Both the position numbers and the translations under genes were made by a program. From a virus, in IMG/VR virus record IMGVR_UViG_3300021963_000054, positions 40,952 through 104,951 of that record: a stretch of DNA of 64,000 bases. The stretch is one strand, 5' to 3'. Below the pieces are notes generated by a model. That model did not search any database. It saw only the letters and a list, made by a program, of their open reading frames with translations, and had not been told where the DNA came from. Of the stretch, positions 30,635 through 40,630 are shown in pieces. Numbering within the stretch: the stretch's first letter is position 1; every line of letters starts with the position of its first letter.

Positions 30635-31576
30635 ATGACAAAAAAGTTTTCTCAATTAACCGCAATCTCTAATGTTGGAGACACACCAGGAAATGTTATA
30701 TTTTCTATTTCCAACACGGCAAGCGGAACATCAAATACTATATCACTCATTTCATTACGCACATATCTTGATTCTACATTTGCAACAGATATCGCATCAC
30801 AAGCAAACGTTGGCGCTGGTCTTATTACAGTAACCGCAGCCGGTCAAGCTAACGTTGGTGTTGAAGTGGCTGCAAGGTCAGCAAACGTTGGCGCAGGTAG
30901 AATTGCGGATGTTGCTTCTGGTCAAGCAAACGTTGGTGCTGGTATCATTACTGTAACTTCCGCATACCAAGCAAATACTGGTGCAGCCGCTTTAGCAGGT
31001 CAAGCAAACGTAGGCGCTGGACTATTAGCATATCAAACTACATCACAAGCAAACGTTGGTGTTGCTATTGCAGTCGGTCAAGCAAACGTAGGCGCTGGAT
31101 TAATTACTACTAAAGCTAATTATGAAGCTAACGTCGGTGCAGCCGCTTTAGCAGGTCAAGCAAACGTTGGTGCAAGTGTTGTTATATTAACCAATAATCT
31201 TGGTAATGCATTCAATCAAGCTAACAGCGCATACACAGCGGCTAATACTGCATTGAACATTTCACAGAACATTAGAATTCAAGATTATACACTACAATTA
31301 ACTGACCGCGGCGGGCACATCTATAGTACCAATACACAAGTTCAAACAATTACAATTCCTAATTCTGGTGTTGTTGCATGGCCTACTGGCACAGTAATTG
31401 ATATCGTGTTGAATGGTACTGGTAGAATTAATGTTGCAACATCAAATGATGTTACTCTTTATGTTGCTAACAATTCAACAGTAAAAGGATATGCAAACGT
31501 TTACTCATATGGTTGGGCTACACTATTAAATGTTGGAGCAAATACTTGGTTCATCAAAGGGCAGGGCGTAGATTGA
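30635..31576 (+). CDS. fibre-like protein with 10 xANxG repeats (possible neck/collar appendage)
   Basis: 313 aa; repeat spacing alternates 15/11; C-terminal YTLQLTDRG..TITIPN..WPTGT..TWFIKG adaptor-like domain. Confidence 0.65.
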   Translation: MTKKFSQLTAISNVGDTPGNVIFSISNTASGTSNTISLISLRTYLDSTFATDIASQANVGAGLITVTAAGQANVGVEVAARSANVGAGRIADVASGQANVGAGIITVTSAYQANTGAAALAGQANVGAGLLAYQTTSQANVGVAIAVGQANVGAGLITTKANYEANVGAAALAGQANVGASVVILTNNLGNAFNQANSAYTAANTALNISQNIRIQDYTLQLTDRGGHIYSTNTQVQTITIPNSGVVAWPTGTVIDIVLNGTGRINVATSNDVTLYVANNSTVKGYANVYSYGWATLLNVGANTWFIKGQGVD

Positions 31577-31956
31577 AAACTAATGAAAATCTATCCAACA
31601 TCTTTGGAGTTCAACCACTCGCAGAAGACGAATCTTCTTTGATTGAAATTGTTCCAACAGATGTGGACTCAGACTTTGAATTTGCAAGAAACAACATTCG
31701 TGAGTTAGCCGAAAAAGGTAAAGTTGCTGTAGATAATATTCTTATGGTAGCAAAAGCAACGGATCATCCAAGAGCATATGAAGTTGCGGCCACATTAATT
31801 AAGAATATGTCTGACATTAATAAAGATTTGCTTGAGTTGCAGAAGAAGAAAAAAGAGTTGTCACCAGTTAAAGAACAGACTGTGGTGAATGTGGACAAAG
31901 CAGTATTCGTAGGCTCAACAAGAGATTTGATTAAACAAATTAAACAGGTAGGATAA
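31573..31956 (+). CDS. gp16: terminase small subunit gp16
   Basis: DFEFARNNIRELAEKG..A.ATDHPRAYEVAATLIK..VFVGST.DL; probable TTG start overlapping the upstream TGA. Confidence 0.88.
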   Translation: MKTNENLSNIFGVQPLAEDESSLIEIVPTDVDSDFEFARNNIRELAEKGKVAVDNILMVAKATDHPRAYEVAATLIKNMSDINKDLLELQKKKKELSPVKEQTVVNVDKAVFVGSTRDLIKQIKQVG

Positions 31957-31957
31957 A

Positions 31958-32392
31958 ATGGAACAACTAATCCAACAACTAAAGGTAATCTTGGGCACCA
32001 ATTTTGCTTTGTATCTAAAATCACATGGCTTTCATTGGAATATTGAGGGTGCTAATTTTCCACAGTATCATGGATTCCTTGATGAATTCTATAATGATGT
32101 TTGGGCACAAAACGATGTTATTGCTGAACACATTCGTCAGTTAGATTCATATGCGCCAGGTTCATTAGAAAGAATGTTGGAATTGGCTGACTTGGAAGAA
32201 TCACAAAACATTCCTATGGCACTTGCTATGATGACAGAATTGAAACGTGATAATGATAGATTCATCATACATCTACGTGCGGGTATTGTAGCCGCTGAAC
32301 AAGCAGATGAACCAGCAGTTGGTAACTTCTTGCAAGACTTGCTAGGCGCACATCAGAAAAAAGCATGGATGTTAAGAAGCATTATTAAGTAA
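31958..32392 (+). CDS. dps: Dps/ferritin-like DNA protection protein
   Basis: LYLKSHGFHWNIEG..F..YH..LDE.Y...DVIAEHIRQL...HQKKAWMLRS Dps ferroxidase signature. Confidence 0.88.
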   Translation: MEQLIQQLKVILGTNFALYLKSHGFHWNIEGANFPQYHGFLDEFYNDVWAQNDVIAEHIRQLDSYAPGSLERMLELADLEESQNIPMALAMMTELKRDNDRFIIHLRAGIVAAEQADEPAVGNFLQDLLGAHQKKAWMLRSIIK

Positions 32393-34026
32393 TGTCAATT
32401 GGTGGTTATTTAGGTAATCCAAAGTTAAAACGTTCTGGTGTACAAGTTGAGTACACCAATGACCAATTAATTGAGATTACTCGGTGCATTAAAGACCCAG
32501 TCTACTTCATTAAGAATTATGTAAAGATTGTTAACGTAGACTTGGGTCTCATTCCTTTTGATATGTGGAACTTTCAAGAGGAGATGGTTCGTGGTTTCCA
32601 TAATAATCGCTTCTCTATTGCTAAGATGCCACGACAGGTTGGTAAAACAACCACCACAGCTGGTTATATGCTTTGGGCAGTTTTGTTTACAGATGACTAC
32701 AAGATTGCGATTTTAGCGAACAAAGGCGACTTAGCCCGTGACATTCTTGGTCGTATCAAATACTCATATGAATATCTTCCATTGTGGATGCAACAAGGCA
32801 TTATGGAATGGAACAAAGGAAACATCGTTCTTGAGAATGGTTCTGAGATTTCAGCTTACGCAACAAACGCATCTGGTGTTCGTGGAGGAACATACAATCT
32901 AGTATTCTTGGATGAGTTTGCTTTCGTTCCACAAAACATCGCAGCCGAATTCTTTACTTCCACTTATCCGGTAATCTCGTCTGGTAAAACTACAAAAGTT
33001 ATTATCGTTTCAACGCCGCATGGATTGAATCAGTTCTATAAGATGTGGACTGATGCAGTAGAACAACGTTCATTGTATGTACCATTTGAAGTTCACTGGT
33101 CTATGGTGCCAGGAAGAGATGCCGCTTGGCGTGAAGAAACGATTAGGAACACCAGTGAAGAACAGTTCAGGCAAGAGTTTGAGACTGAGTTTATCGGTTC
33201 TTCAGCTACATTGATTCCTGGTGCTAAACTGAAGATGTTAGCGTTTAATAATCCAGTAGAAAAAGAAGAATACTTAGACATTTACGAAGCACCTAAGCCA
33301 GGTCATACTTACATGGCGATTGTAGATTGCGCTGAAGGTGTAGGCCTGGACTATTCCGTATGCTCAATTGTAGACGTTACCGAATTACCATACAAACATG
33401 TAGCCAAGTTTAGAGACAATAAACTGTCAGCGTTTATCTTTCCAACTTATGTTTACAACCTAGCTAATAGATATAATCGTGCTTGGATATTGGTAGAAAC
33501 AAATAGTGTTGGACAACAAGTCGTTGATATTTTACATTATGATTTGGAGTATGAAAACATCTTCCGAATTGAAAGCCATGATATTAAAGGTCAGCACATT
33601 GCCAGCGGATTCAAGAAGGGTGCAGCCTATGGTGTCAAAACATCCAAGACAGTCAAAAAGATTGGTTGTTCCAACTTAAAAACTCTAATAGAAACTGACA
33701 AACTCATTACTACAGACTTTGACACCATTGCGGAGCTAAATACCTTTGTAAGAGATAAAGATTCTTATAAAGCCGAAGAGGGCAACAATGATGATATTGT
33801 AATGACTTTGGTGCTTTTTTCATGGTTGTCAGCACAAAGTTTCTTCAAAGAGATAACAAATTCCGATGTTAGACAAAGACTTTTAGAAGAAAGAAACATC
33901 CAAATGGAAGAAGAATTACTGCCGATAGGCATTTTGGATGACGGCTTAGAAGAAGAAAAACATTTTGATGGAGAAGACCTCTGGACTGTAACAAAACGCA
34001 GAGGATATCTTTCGTCAGCTTTATAA
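32392..34026 (+). CDS. gp17: terminase large subunit gp17
   Basis: YLGNPKLK, PRQVGKT (Walker A), FLDEFAF (Walker B), VSTPHG, FRQEFE, NDDIVM nuclease motif. Confidence 0.96.
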   Translation: MSIGGYLGNPKLKRSGVQVEYTNDQLIEITRCIKDPVYFIKNYVKIVNVDLGLIPFDMWNFQEEMVRGFHNNRFSIAKMPRQVGKTTTTAGYMLWAVLFTDDYKIAILANKGDLARDILGRIKYSYEYLPLWMQQGIMEWNKGNIVLENGSEISAYATNASGVRGGTYNLVFLDEFAFVPQNIAAEFFTSTYPVISSGKTTKVIIVSTPHGLNQFYKMWTDAVEQRSLYVPFEVHWSMVPGRDAAWREETIRNTSEEQFRQEFETEFIGSSATLIPGAKLKMLAFNNPVEKEEYLDIYEAPKPGHTYMAIVDCAEGVGLDYSVCSIVDVTELPYKHVAKFRDNKLSAFIFPTYVYNLANRYNRAWILVETNSVGQQVVDILHYDLEYENIFRIESHDIKGQHIASGFKKGAAYGVKTSKTVKKIGCSNLKTLIETDKLITTDFDTIAELNTFVRDKDSYKAEEGNNDDIVMTLVLFSWLSAQSFFKEITNSDVRQRLLEERNIQMEEELLPIGILDDGLEEEKHFDGEDLWTVTKRRGYLSSAL

Positions 34027-34029
34027 AAA

Positions 34030-34037
34030 CATAAATA
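34030..34037 (+). promoter_or_regulatory. late promoter variant (CATAAATA)
   Basis: Intergenic, upstream of gp18. Confidence 0.6.
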
Positions 34038-34081
34038 GATAATACGATTTAGTTCTATAATAATAAAAAGGAGAACACAAA

Positions 34082-35752
34082 ATGGCTTTCCAATTATCAC
34101 CAGGAGTTAATATCTCCGAAGTAGATTTGACAACAGTTGTTCCTTCTGTTGCAACTACGATTGGTGGTTTAGCCGGCGCTTTTACATGGGGTCCAGCTAA
34201 TGAAATCACTATCATTAGCAACGAAACGCAACTTGTAGACAGATTCGGTAAACCAGACGCTAATACATTCCAGACATTCTTTACCGCTGCCAACTTCTTA
34301 TCATATGGAAGCGACTTGAGAATTGTACGTGCTGTAGGAGCAGGCGCTAAAAATGCGACAGCAAATTCATCAGCTACAACTGTATTGATTGAAAACATAA
34401 CAGATTACGAACAAAACCATTCATCAAATGGCACATCAGCTTTCCATGCTAAGTGGGCAGGCGCTATTGGCAATTCAATTCGTGTTGAAATGGCTGACAG
34501 TTCTTCATACTCTGGTTGGACTTCATACAAAGCTGAGTTTGATTCTGCACCAGCAACTTCAACATACGCTTCTCAGCGTGGTTCTTCAAATGATGAATTA
34601 CACGTTATTGTTGTTGACGTAACAGGTAGAATTTCTGGTACTGCAAATACAGTTCTTGAAAAATGGGGTTACGTTTCTAAAGCAAGCGATGCTAAGAATT
34701 CAGATGGCTCAAGTAACTACATTAAAGATGTTATCAATTCTAGATCCAAATACATTTGGTGGGCTGGTAATTTAGCCGCAAACTGGGGTACAGCCGCAAC
34801 TGGTGCAGTTTCATATACTACAGTAGCAACAGCATATGCTTCAACTTTAACTGGTGGTATTGATGATACTCCTGTAGCAGCCAATACAAATACCGCGTAT
34901 GCTAAGTTTGCGAATCCTGATGCAGTAGATGTTTCTCTATTGATGGCAGGTGCTACAAGCGGCACAACAGTACCAAACTATTTGATTGCTCTTGCTGAGA
35001 CACGTAAAGATTGTATGGTATTTGTTTCACCAGAACAAGATGATGTTGTAAACAATTCTGGCTCAGAATCTACAACAGTAATTACTACCGCAGGTACATA
35101 TACCAAGTCTTCATACGCAGTTATGGATTCTGGCTACAAGTATCAATACGACAAATACAATGACGTATATCGTTGGGTACCATTGAACGGCGATATCGCT
35201 GGTCTTTGTGTTCGTACAGATAATGAACGTGATCCATGGTTCTCACCAGCTGGACTAAATCGTGGCGTTATCAAGAACGTTGTTAAACTTGCTTGGAACC
35301 CAACCAAAGCTGAACGTGATGAATTGTACAAAGCTGGTGTAAATTCAGTTGTTACATTCCCAGGCGAAGGCACAATACTATACGGTGACAAAACTCTATT
35401 GAATCGTCCAAGTGCGTTTGATAGAATCAATGTTCGCCGCTTGTTTATCGTTCTAGAAAAGTCTATTGCTAAAGCAGCCCGTTCTTCATTGTTCGAATTC
35501 AATGATGAATTTACAAGAGCCGCTTTTGTTAATATTGTAGAACCATTCTTGCGTGATGTACAAGGTCGCCGCGGCATCTATGATTACCGTGTTGTTGCTG
35601 ATACCACAAATAACACAGCAGAAGTTATTGACCAAAATCAATTTGTTGGCGATATTTACATCAAACCCGCTCGTTCTATCAACTTCATTCAATTGAATTT
35701 CACCGCTGTTCGCACTGGTGTAGCATTTGAAGAAATTGTTGGAAGAGTTTAA
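34082..35752 (+). CDS. gp18: tail sheath protein gp18
   Basis: MAFQLSPGVNISEVDLT, WGPA, PWFSPAGLNRG, FDRINVRRLF, IKPARSINFIQLNF. Confidence 0.96.
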   Translation: MAFQLSPGVNISEVDLTTVVPSVATTIGGLAGAFTWGPANEITIISNETQLVDRFGKPDANTFQTFFTAANFLSYGSDLRIVRAVGAGAKNATANSSATTVLIENITDYEQNHSSNGTSAFHAKWAGAIGNSIRVEMADSSSYSGWTSYKAEFDSAPATSTYASQRGSSNDELHVIVVDVTGRISGTANTVLEKWGYVSKASDAKNSDGSSNYIKDVINSRSKYIWWAGNLAANWGTAATGAVSYTTVATAYASTLTGGIDDTPVAANTNTAYAKFANPDAVDVSLLMAGATSGTTVPNYLIALAETRKDCMVFVSPEQDDVVNNSGSESTTVITTAGTYTKSSYAVMDSGYKYQYDKYNDVYRWVPLNGDIAGLCVRTDNERDPWFSPAGLNRGVIKNVVKLAWNPTKAERDELYKAGVNSVVTFPGEGTILYGDKTLLNRPSAFDRINVRRLFIVLEKSIAKAARSSLFEFNDEFTRAAFVNIVEPFLRDVQGRRGIYDYRVVADTTNNTAEVIDQNQFVGDIYIKPARSINFIQLNFTAVRTGVAFEEIVGRV

Positions 35753-35778
35753 TAAATAGAGAGATAGGAGAAACTTAA

Positions 35779-36324
35779 ATGGCATTTAACATTAACGAAT
35801 TCCGCTCTCAGATGCAGGGAGATGGAGCACGCCCAAATTTATTTGAGGTAACGCTTCCATTCCCAGCATTCTCATTGCCAGGAAATGCACAAACTAAATT
35901 AAGTTTTATGTGCAAGACTGCTCAACTACCTGGTTCAACACTAGGTACTGTACCAGTTCAATACTTTGGTCGTGAATTAAAATTTGCGGGAAATAGAACC
36001 TTTCAAGATTGGTCTATTACAATTATCAATGACGAAGATTTTGTCATTCGTAATGCATTTGAACGTTGGATGAATGGCATTAATAGCCATAATTTGAACG
36101 TTCGTAATCCAGCAGCCGCTTCCCAACTAGGCTATAGCGTAGATGGTGAAGTTCGTCAGTATGGTAAAGCTGGTTCCATTTTGAAGAAGTACAAATTCAT
36201 TGGTGTATTCCCAACTGACCTTTCAACAATTGATGTTGATTGGAGTTCCAATGATACAATTGAAGAATTTACTGTAAATCTTACCTATCAATGGTGGGAA
36301 TCAGTAGAGGACCTAGTAGTCTAA
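35779..36324 (+). CDS. gp19: tail tube protein gp19
   Basis: GARPNLFEV, CKTAQLPGS, GRELKFAGNRTF.DW, IEEFTV...YQWW. Confidence 0.96.
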   Translation: MAFNINEFRSQMQGDGARPNLFEVTLPFPAFSLPGNAQTKLSFMCKTAQLPGSTLGTVPVQYFGRELKFAGNRTFQDWSITIINDEDFVIRNAFERWMNGINSHNLNVRNPAAASQLGYSVDGEVRQYGKAGSILKKYKFIGVFPTDLSTIDVDWSSNDTIEEFTVNLTYQWWESVEDLVV

Positions 36325-36326
36325 GT

Positions 36327-36356
36327 AAGGGGGGAGCCCAGGCTCTCCTCTTTTTT
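36327..36356 (+). terminator. rho-independent terminator after gp19
   Basis: GC-rich ggggagcc/ggctctcc hairpin followed by a T-run. Confidence 0.75.
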
Positions 36357-36377
36357 ATAATGTAAAGGAAAATCAAA

Positions 36378-38045
36378 GTGGCTATAAAACTATTCGGCTT
36401 CACACTCGGTGAAAAAGATATTGTTCAGAAAGAAAAACCTGAACAGGCTTCGTTCGCCCTTCCGACGGAAGCATTGGACGATGGCGCCGTTACGATTACA
36501 CAAAATGCCCACTATGGTACATATGTTGACTTAGAAGGTGCAGTTCGGAATGAATTAGAATTAATTACCCGCTATCGTGAAATGTCCAATCACCCAGAGT
36601 GTGATATGGCAATTACTGAGATTGTAGATGAAGCAATCAGTCACGATGATAAAGGTAAAGTTGTTGATATTGTTCTTGATGAATTAAAACAACCAGAGAC
36701 AATCAAGAAAAAAATTAGAGAAGAATTTGATAACGTATTATCAATGTTAAACTTCTCAAACTTAGCAGATGATATCTTCCGTCGTTGGTACATTGATGGA
36801 AGAATTTATTTTCATATCATTGTAAACGAAAAGAATCCTAAAGAAGGCATTCAAGAATTGCGATATATTGATCCACGCAAGATTCGTAAAGTACGTGAGG
36901 TACAAAAAGGTCGTGACTTAAAGACTGGCGCAGATGTTATTAAGTCTATGGCGGAATACTATGTCTACAATGACAAAGGTACTACAGCACAAAATTATAC
37001 AGCAAGCGTTAATTCTGGATTAAGAATTGCACCAGATGCAGTTGTTAATGTGAATTCTGGAATGATGGATGCAAAGAATACATTCGTTATTTCATATCTA
37101 CACAAAGCAATCAAGCCACTCAATCAATTACGTATGATTGAAGATGCGATTGTTATCTATCGTGTTTCAAGAGCACCAGAACGTAGAGTATTTTACATTG
37201 ACGTAGGTAATTTACCAAAAGGTAAAGCTGAACAATACTTGCGTGATGTTATGGTTAAGTATAAGAACAAAGTTGTTTATGATGCTAACACTGGTGAATT
37301 GCGTGATGACCGCAAACACATGTCCATGCTTGAAGACTTCTGGTTACCACGCCGTGAAGGTGGTAAAGGTACAGAGATTACTACATTACCAGCTGGTCAA
37401 AATCTTGGTCAAATGGAAGATGTACAATACTTCCAAAAGAAACTATTGCAATCATTGAATGTTCCATACTCAAGACTGGAACCACAAGGCGGTGGTATGG
37501 TCGGTCTTGGTAGAACAACAGAAGTTACCCGTGATGAATTAAAGTTTAATAAGTTTGTTGTTAAGCTACGCAACAAGTTTTCTCAGGTGTTTGACCATGC
37601 TCTTAAGATACAACTATCATTAAAAGGTATTTGTTCACAAGAAGAATGGGAAGAATTTAGAGAAGATATTTTCTATGATTATATAAAAGATAATAACTTT
37701 ACAGAGTTACGTGATGCTGAATTACTGCAACAAAGATTACAAGCACTTGGACAAATTGATCCATATGTTGGTCGTTACTACTCACAAGAGTGGGTAAAGA
37801 AAAATGTTCTTCATTTGACAGATGACCAAATGGAAGAAATGCAAAAGCAAATTGATTCTGAGCCTGAGCCACAACCACTTGGACCAGATGGTCGCCCAAT
37901 GCAACAAGATATGCAACAACAAGACCAAGCTACACCAGAACAATTTCCACCAGAAGATAACGTGACAGAAAATGGCTCTGCTGAATCTCCAACACCAGAA
38001 TTAGATAGTGTGGTAAAGAGATTTGGAAGAGTAATAAATAGGTAA
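36378..38045 (+). CDS. gp20: portal vertex protein gp20
   Basis: GTG start; RRWYIDGRIY, RAPERRVFYIDVGNLPKGKAEQYL, EDFWLPRREGGKGTEITTLP. Confidence 0.96.
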   Translation: MAIKLFGFTLGEKDIVQKEKPEQASFALPTEALDDGAVTITQNAHYGTYVDLEGAVRNELELITRYREMSNHPECDMAITEIVDEAISHDDKGKVVDIVLDELKQPETIKKKIREEFDNVLSMLNFSNLADDIFRRWYIDGRIYFHIIVNEKNPKEGIQELRYIDPRKIRKVREVQKGRDLKTGADVIKSMAEYYVYNDKGTTAQNYTASVNSGLRIAPDAVVNVNSGMMDAKNTFVISYLHKAIKPLNQLRMIEDAIVIYRVSRAPERRVFYIDVGNLPKGKAEQYLRDVMVKYKNKVVYDANTGELRDDRKHMSMLEDFWLPRREGGKGTEITTLPAGQNLGQMEDVQYFQKKLLQSLNVPYSRLEPQGGGMVGLGRTTEVTRDELKFNKFVVKLRNKFSQVFDHALKIQLSLKGICSQEEWEEFREDIFYDYIKDNNFTELRDAELLQQRLQALGQIDPYVGRYYSQEWVKKNVLHLTDDQMEEMQKQIDSEPEPQPLGPDGRPMQQDMQQQDQATPEQFPPEDNVTENGSAESPTPELDSVVKRFGRVINR

Positions 38046-38058
38046 TAAAGGAGTAATT

Positions 38059-38250
38059 ATGGACACAAGACAATTTATAGATTTGCTTGGCGCTGGTCAA
38101 AGTGCCGAAGCTAAGAGTGCTTTAGAAGAATTGATTTCTGCAAAAGCATTTGAGGCACTAGATGCAAAGAAACAAGAAATTGGTTCAACACTATTCAATG
38201 GTAAAGAACAAGAAGTTGCTGTTGAAGTAGAAACACAAGAAGAACAATGA
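38059..38250 (+). CDS. prohead core protein (gp67-like)
   Basis: 63 aa helical protein right after gp20, preceded by AATAAATA and AAGGAG. Confidence 0.65.
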   Translation: MDTRQFIDLLGAGQSAEAKSALEELISAKAFEALDAKKQEIGSTLFNGKEQEVAVEVETQEEQ

Positions 38251-39140
38251 AATCTTTACAAGAATTTAAAACTGTCATTGAAGAAGAAAAACAAGACTTC
38301 ACTAAGTTTGATGCGCTAGTTCGTGCAGGCTTGGCTAACAAAGCACAACTTCAAAGATTACATCAAATTCTTGGCAAAATGTCTGAGGAGAAACCAAACT
38401 TTTCTCCAGCAGACCGTGCTATTATACAAAACATGTTTACCAAAATGGTAGATATGATTACCAATAATCCACAGATGTATCGTACTGCACGTAAGGCAGT
38501 ATCAGAAGGCGTATTAGATACAGCAGATTTCAAACTTGATGTTACTGGTAGAAAAGTAAAAGCACACAGAGTTAAAGTTGGTGATGCTATGAATACATTA
38601 CCAGCAGATAACATTAAAGAAGAAATAGAAATGATTGGTGAGGATCTTCGGAATGAGCCACCATTTGTTTTGCTTCTAAAGAGAACCGCAGTACGTTTGT
38701 ATCCTGGTAATGTTAGAGTTGCAACATACCATAATCAAAAGTTGAATAGAGATTTTGCTATTCCGTTTTCAATAACAGGCACTGGTGATATTCAATCTGA
38801 AGAAGTTAGCAATGACGAATTCAAAGACCAGATTAAAAAAACACAAGACAAGTCAACTGGTAAAGTAAAAGCCGATGTAGCTAAAGGCGCAGTTCAATCG
38901 GTATCAATTGACGAAGCAGTTATGGATATACTTCACAAGATTGTGGCAGGTAAGTCTGCACAGTCGGTAAAGTTTGCCACTGGCGAAACTCGTAAAGTTG
39001 ACCATTATACAGCATCAGCTTTGACACAAGTTCATAAAGCATTGAATGATGATAATAAAAAGAAGTTTGCTGATATGGTACATAAATCACCAGCACATTT
39101 TTCAAAAGCGTCTGAGTTTGCTTTCAGCAAAGTTAAATGA
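38247..39140 (+). CDS. hypothetical head-associated protein
   Basis: 297 aa in the prohead operon; MKSLQEFK start and several (I/V)xE sites. Confidence 0.65.
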   Translation: MKSLQEFKTVIEEEKQDFTKFDALVRAGLANKAQLQRLHQILGKMSEEKPNFSPADRAIIQNMFTKMVDMITNNPQMYRTARKAVSEGVLDTADFKLDVTGRKVKAHRVKVGDAMNTLPADNIKEEIEMIGEDLRNEPPFVLLLKRTAVRLYPGNVRVATYHNQKLNRDFAIPFSITGTGDIQSEEVSNDEFKDQIKKTQDKSTGKVKADVAKGAVQSVSIDEAVMDILHKIVAGKSAQSVKFATGETRKVDHYTASALTQVHKALNDDNKKKFADMVHKSPAHFSKASEFAFSKVK

Positions 39141-39568
39141 AACTAGTTGATTTAATCTTTGAAGGTAAACTTGTAGAAGCGAAAGAAGAACTTTTTACTC
39201 GCTTGAATGAAGTTGCATCTAAAAGATTAGAAGAAATAAAACGTACCGTTGCGGCAGATATATATGAAGAAGTTGAAGTGCTTGATGAAGCAAACATTCA
39301 ACGTATGGGCAGAATCCAAAAGATTCGCCGTAGAATTAGACGCAACGCAAAGGGAAGAATTATTGTTCAACGTAACGTAAGACGTTCAGCAATTAAAGGT
39401 TTTAGAATTTCTGGTAATACTGTTAAGAGAATTCCTGCAATGGCAAGAATTCAAAAAGCTAGAAAGTTAAAGAGATATTGGAAAACTAAAGGTAGAGCAA
39501 AGTTGAATAGAACATTACTAAAAAGAAAAATGTCTTTGCGCCGCCGCACCTCAATGGGAATAAAATAA
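39137..39568 (+). CDS. prohead core protein (gp68-like), highly basic C-terminal half
   Basis: 143 aa, K/R-rich, ends KRKMSLRRRTSMGIK; located upstream of gp21. Confidence 0.65.
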   Translation: MKLVDLIFEGKLVEAKEELFTRLNEVASKRLEEIKRTVAADIYEEVEVLDEANIQRMGRIQKIRRRIRRNAKGRIIVQRNVRRSAIKGFRISGNTVKRIPAMARIQKARKLKRYWKTKGRAKLNRTLLKRKMSLRRRTSMGIK

Positions 39569-39569
39569 A

Positions 39570-39947
39570 ATGGCATTTGAAATACTAAACGCAGCCCGTT
39601 CAAAATCAACAATTCGTGTCGTTGGTGCAAGTGCCAATGTCCGTATTAATTTGAACCAGCTTTCAACTAATACTCAGAATGAGATTATTACATCTGCGGC
39701 AATCAATCAGTTTCACTGGTCAACATCTGGTGTGATTGAAGTTTATCGTGGTAATGATGCAACTGGAACATTGGTATTGCAAACATTTGGCGAAGGTTCA
39801 TTGCCACTTTCTGCATTTGATATTTCTGTTGCAAACACGGCAACAGCAAACCTTTATATCGTTAATACGGGAGCAGGTACTGCAATTATTGGATTGACAA
39901 AGCAAGCAACTTATGTAAGAGAACCAGATACAGGATTCCTAGTATGA
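39570..39947 (+). CDS. hypothetical structural protein
   Basis: 125 aa beta-rich ORF between the gp68-like gene and gp21. Confidence 0.65.
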   Translation: MAFEILNAARSKSTIRVVGASANVRINLNQLSTNTQNEIITSAAINQFHWSTSGVIEVYRGNDATGTLVLQTFGEGSLPLSAFDISVANTATANLYIVNTGAGTAIIGLTKQATYVREPDTGFLV

Positions 39948-40594
39948 AACTAATTACAGAAACAATTGAAGACGTTCAGTATATTACTGAAACAAAAGAA
40001 AACGGAAAGAAAAACCTTTACATTGAAGGTGTCTTTCTAGTTGGAGAACAAGCCAATAAGAATCGTAGAATGTACAAGATGGATACACTACGAGAAGAAG
40101 TTGGCCGATACAATCAAGAATACATTGCAACTAATCGTGCATTGGGCGAATTAGGTCATCCAGATACACCAACATTAAATCTTGAACGTGTATCCCACAA
40201 AATCATCTCTCTCAAAGAGAATGGTAATGTATTCATTGGTAAAGCACAAATTCTTGAAACACCTTACGGTAACATTGTGAAGAATTTTATTGATTCTGGA
40301 GTAAGTCTAGGTGTTTCCTCAAGAGGTATGGGTTCTTTGATTCCTGGTGAAGACGGAATTAATATTGTCGGCAACGACTTTCGTTTGGCTACGGCCGCAG
40401 ATATTGTTGCTGATCCGTCAGCACCAGGTGCATTCGTAAACGGCATCATGGAAAACAAAGAATGGTTATTTGTTGAAGGACGTTTTGTTGAAGTCGATAT
40501 CGACAGAACAAAACAAGCAATTCAAAGAGCCCCAAGAAAAGATGTTGAAAAAGTGGCTATTCGCCTCTTTGAAAATTTTCTATCAAAACTTTAA
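39944..40594 (+). CDS. gp21: prohead protease gp21
   Basis: MKLITE, LYIEGVF, RALGELGHP, GVSSRGMGSL, DIVADPSAPGAFV. Confidence 0.96.
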   Translation: MKLITETIEDVQYITETKENGKKNLYIEGVFLVGEQANKNRRMYKMDTLREEVGRYNQEYIATNRALGELGHPDTPTLNLERVSHKIISLKENGNVFIGKAQILETPYGNIVKNFIDSGVSLGVSSRGMGSLIPGEDGINIVGNDFRLATAADIVADPSAPGAFVNGIMENKEWLFVEGRFVEVDIDRTKQAIQRAPRKDVEKVAIRLFENFLSKL

Positions 40595-40598
40595 TTAT

Positions 40599-40606
40599 TA
40601 TAAATA
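40599..40606 (+). promoter_or_regulatory. T4-type late promoter TATAAATA
   Basis: Exact consensus upstream of gp22-gp23. Confidence 0.8.
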
Positions 40607-40630
40607 AATATACACAAAAGGAGATTCCTA

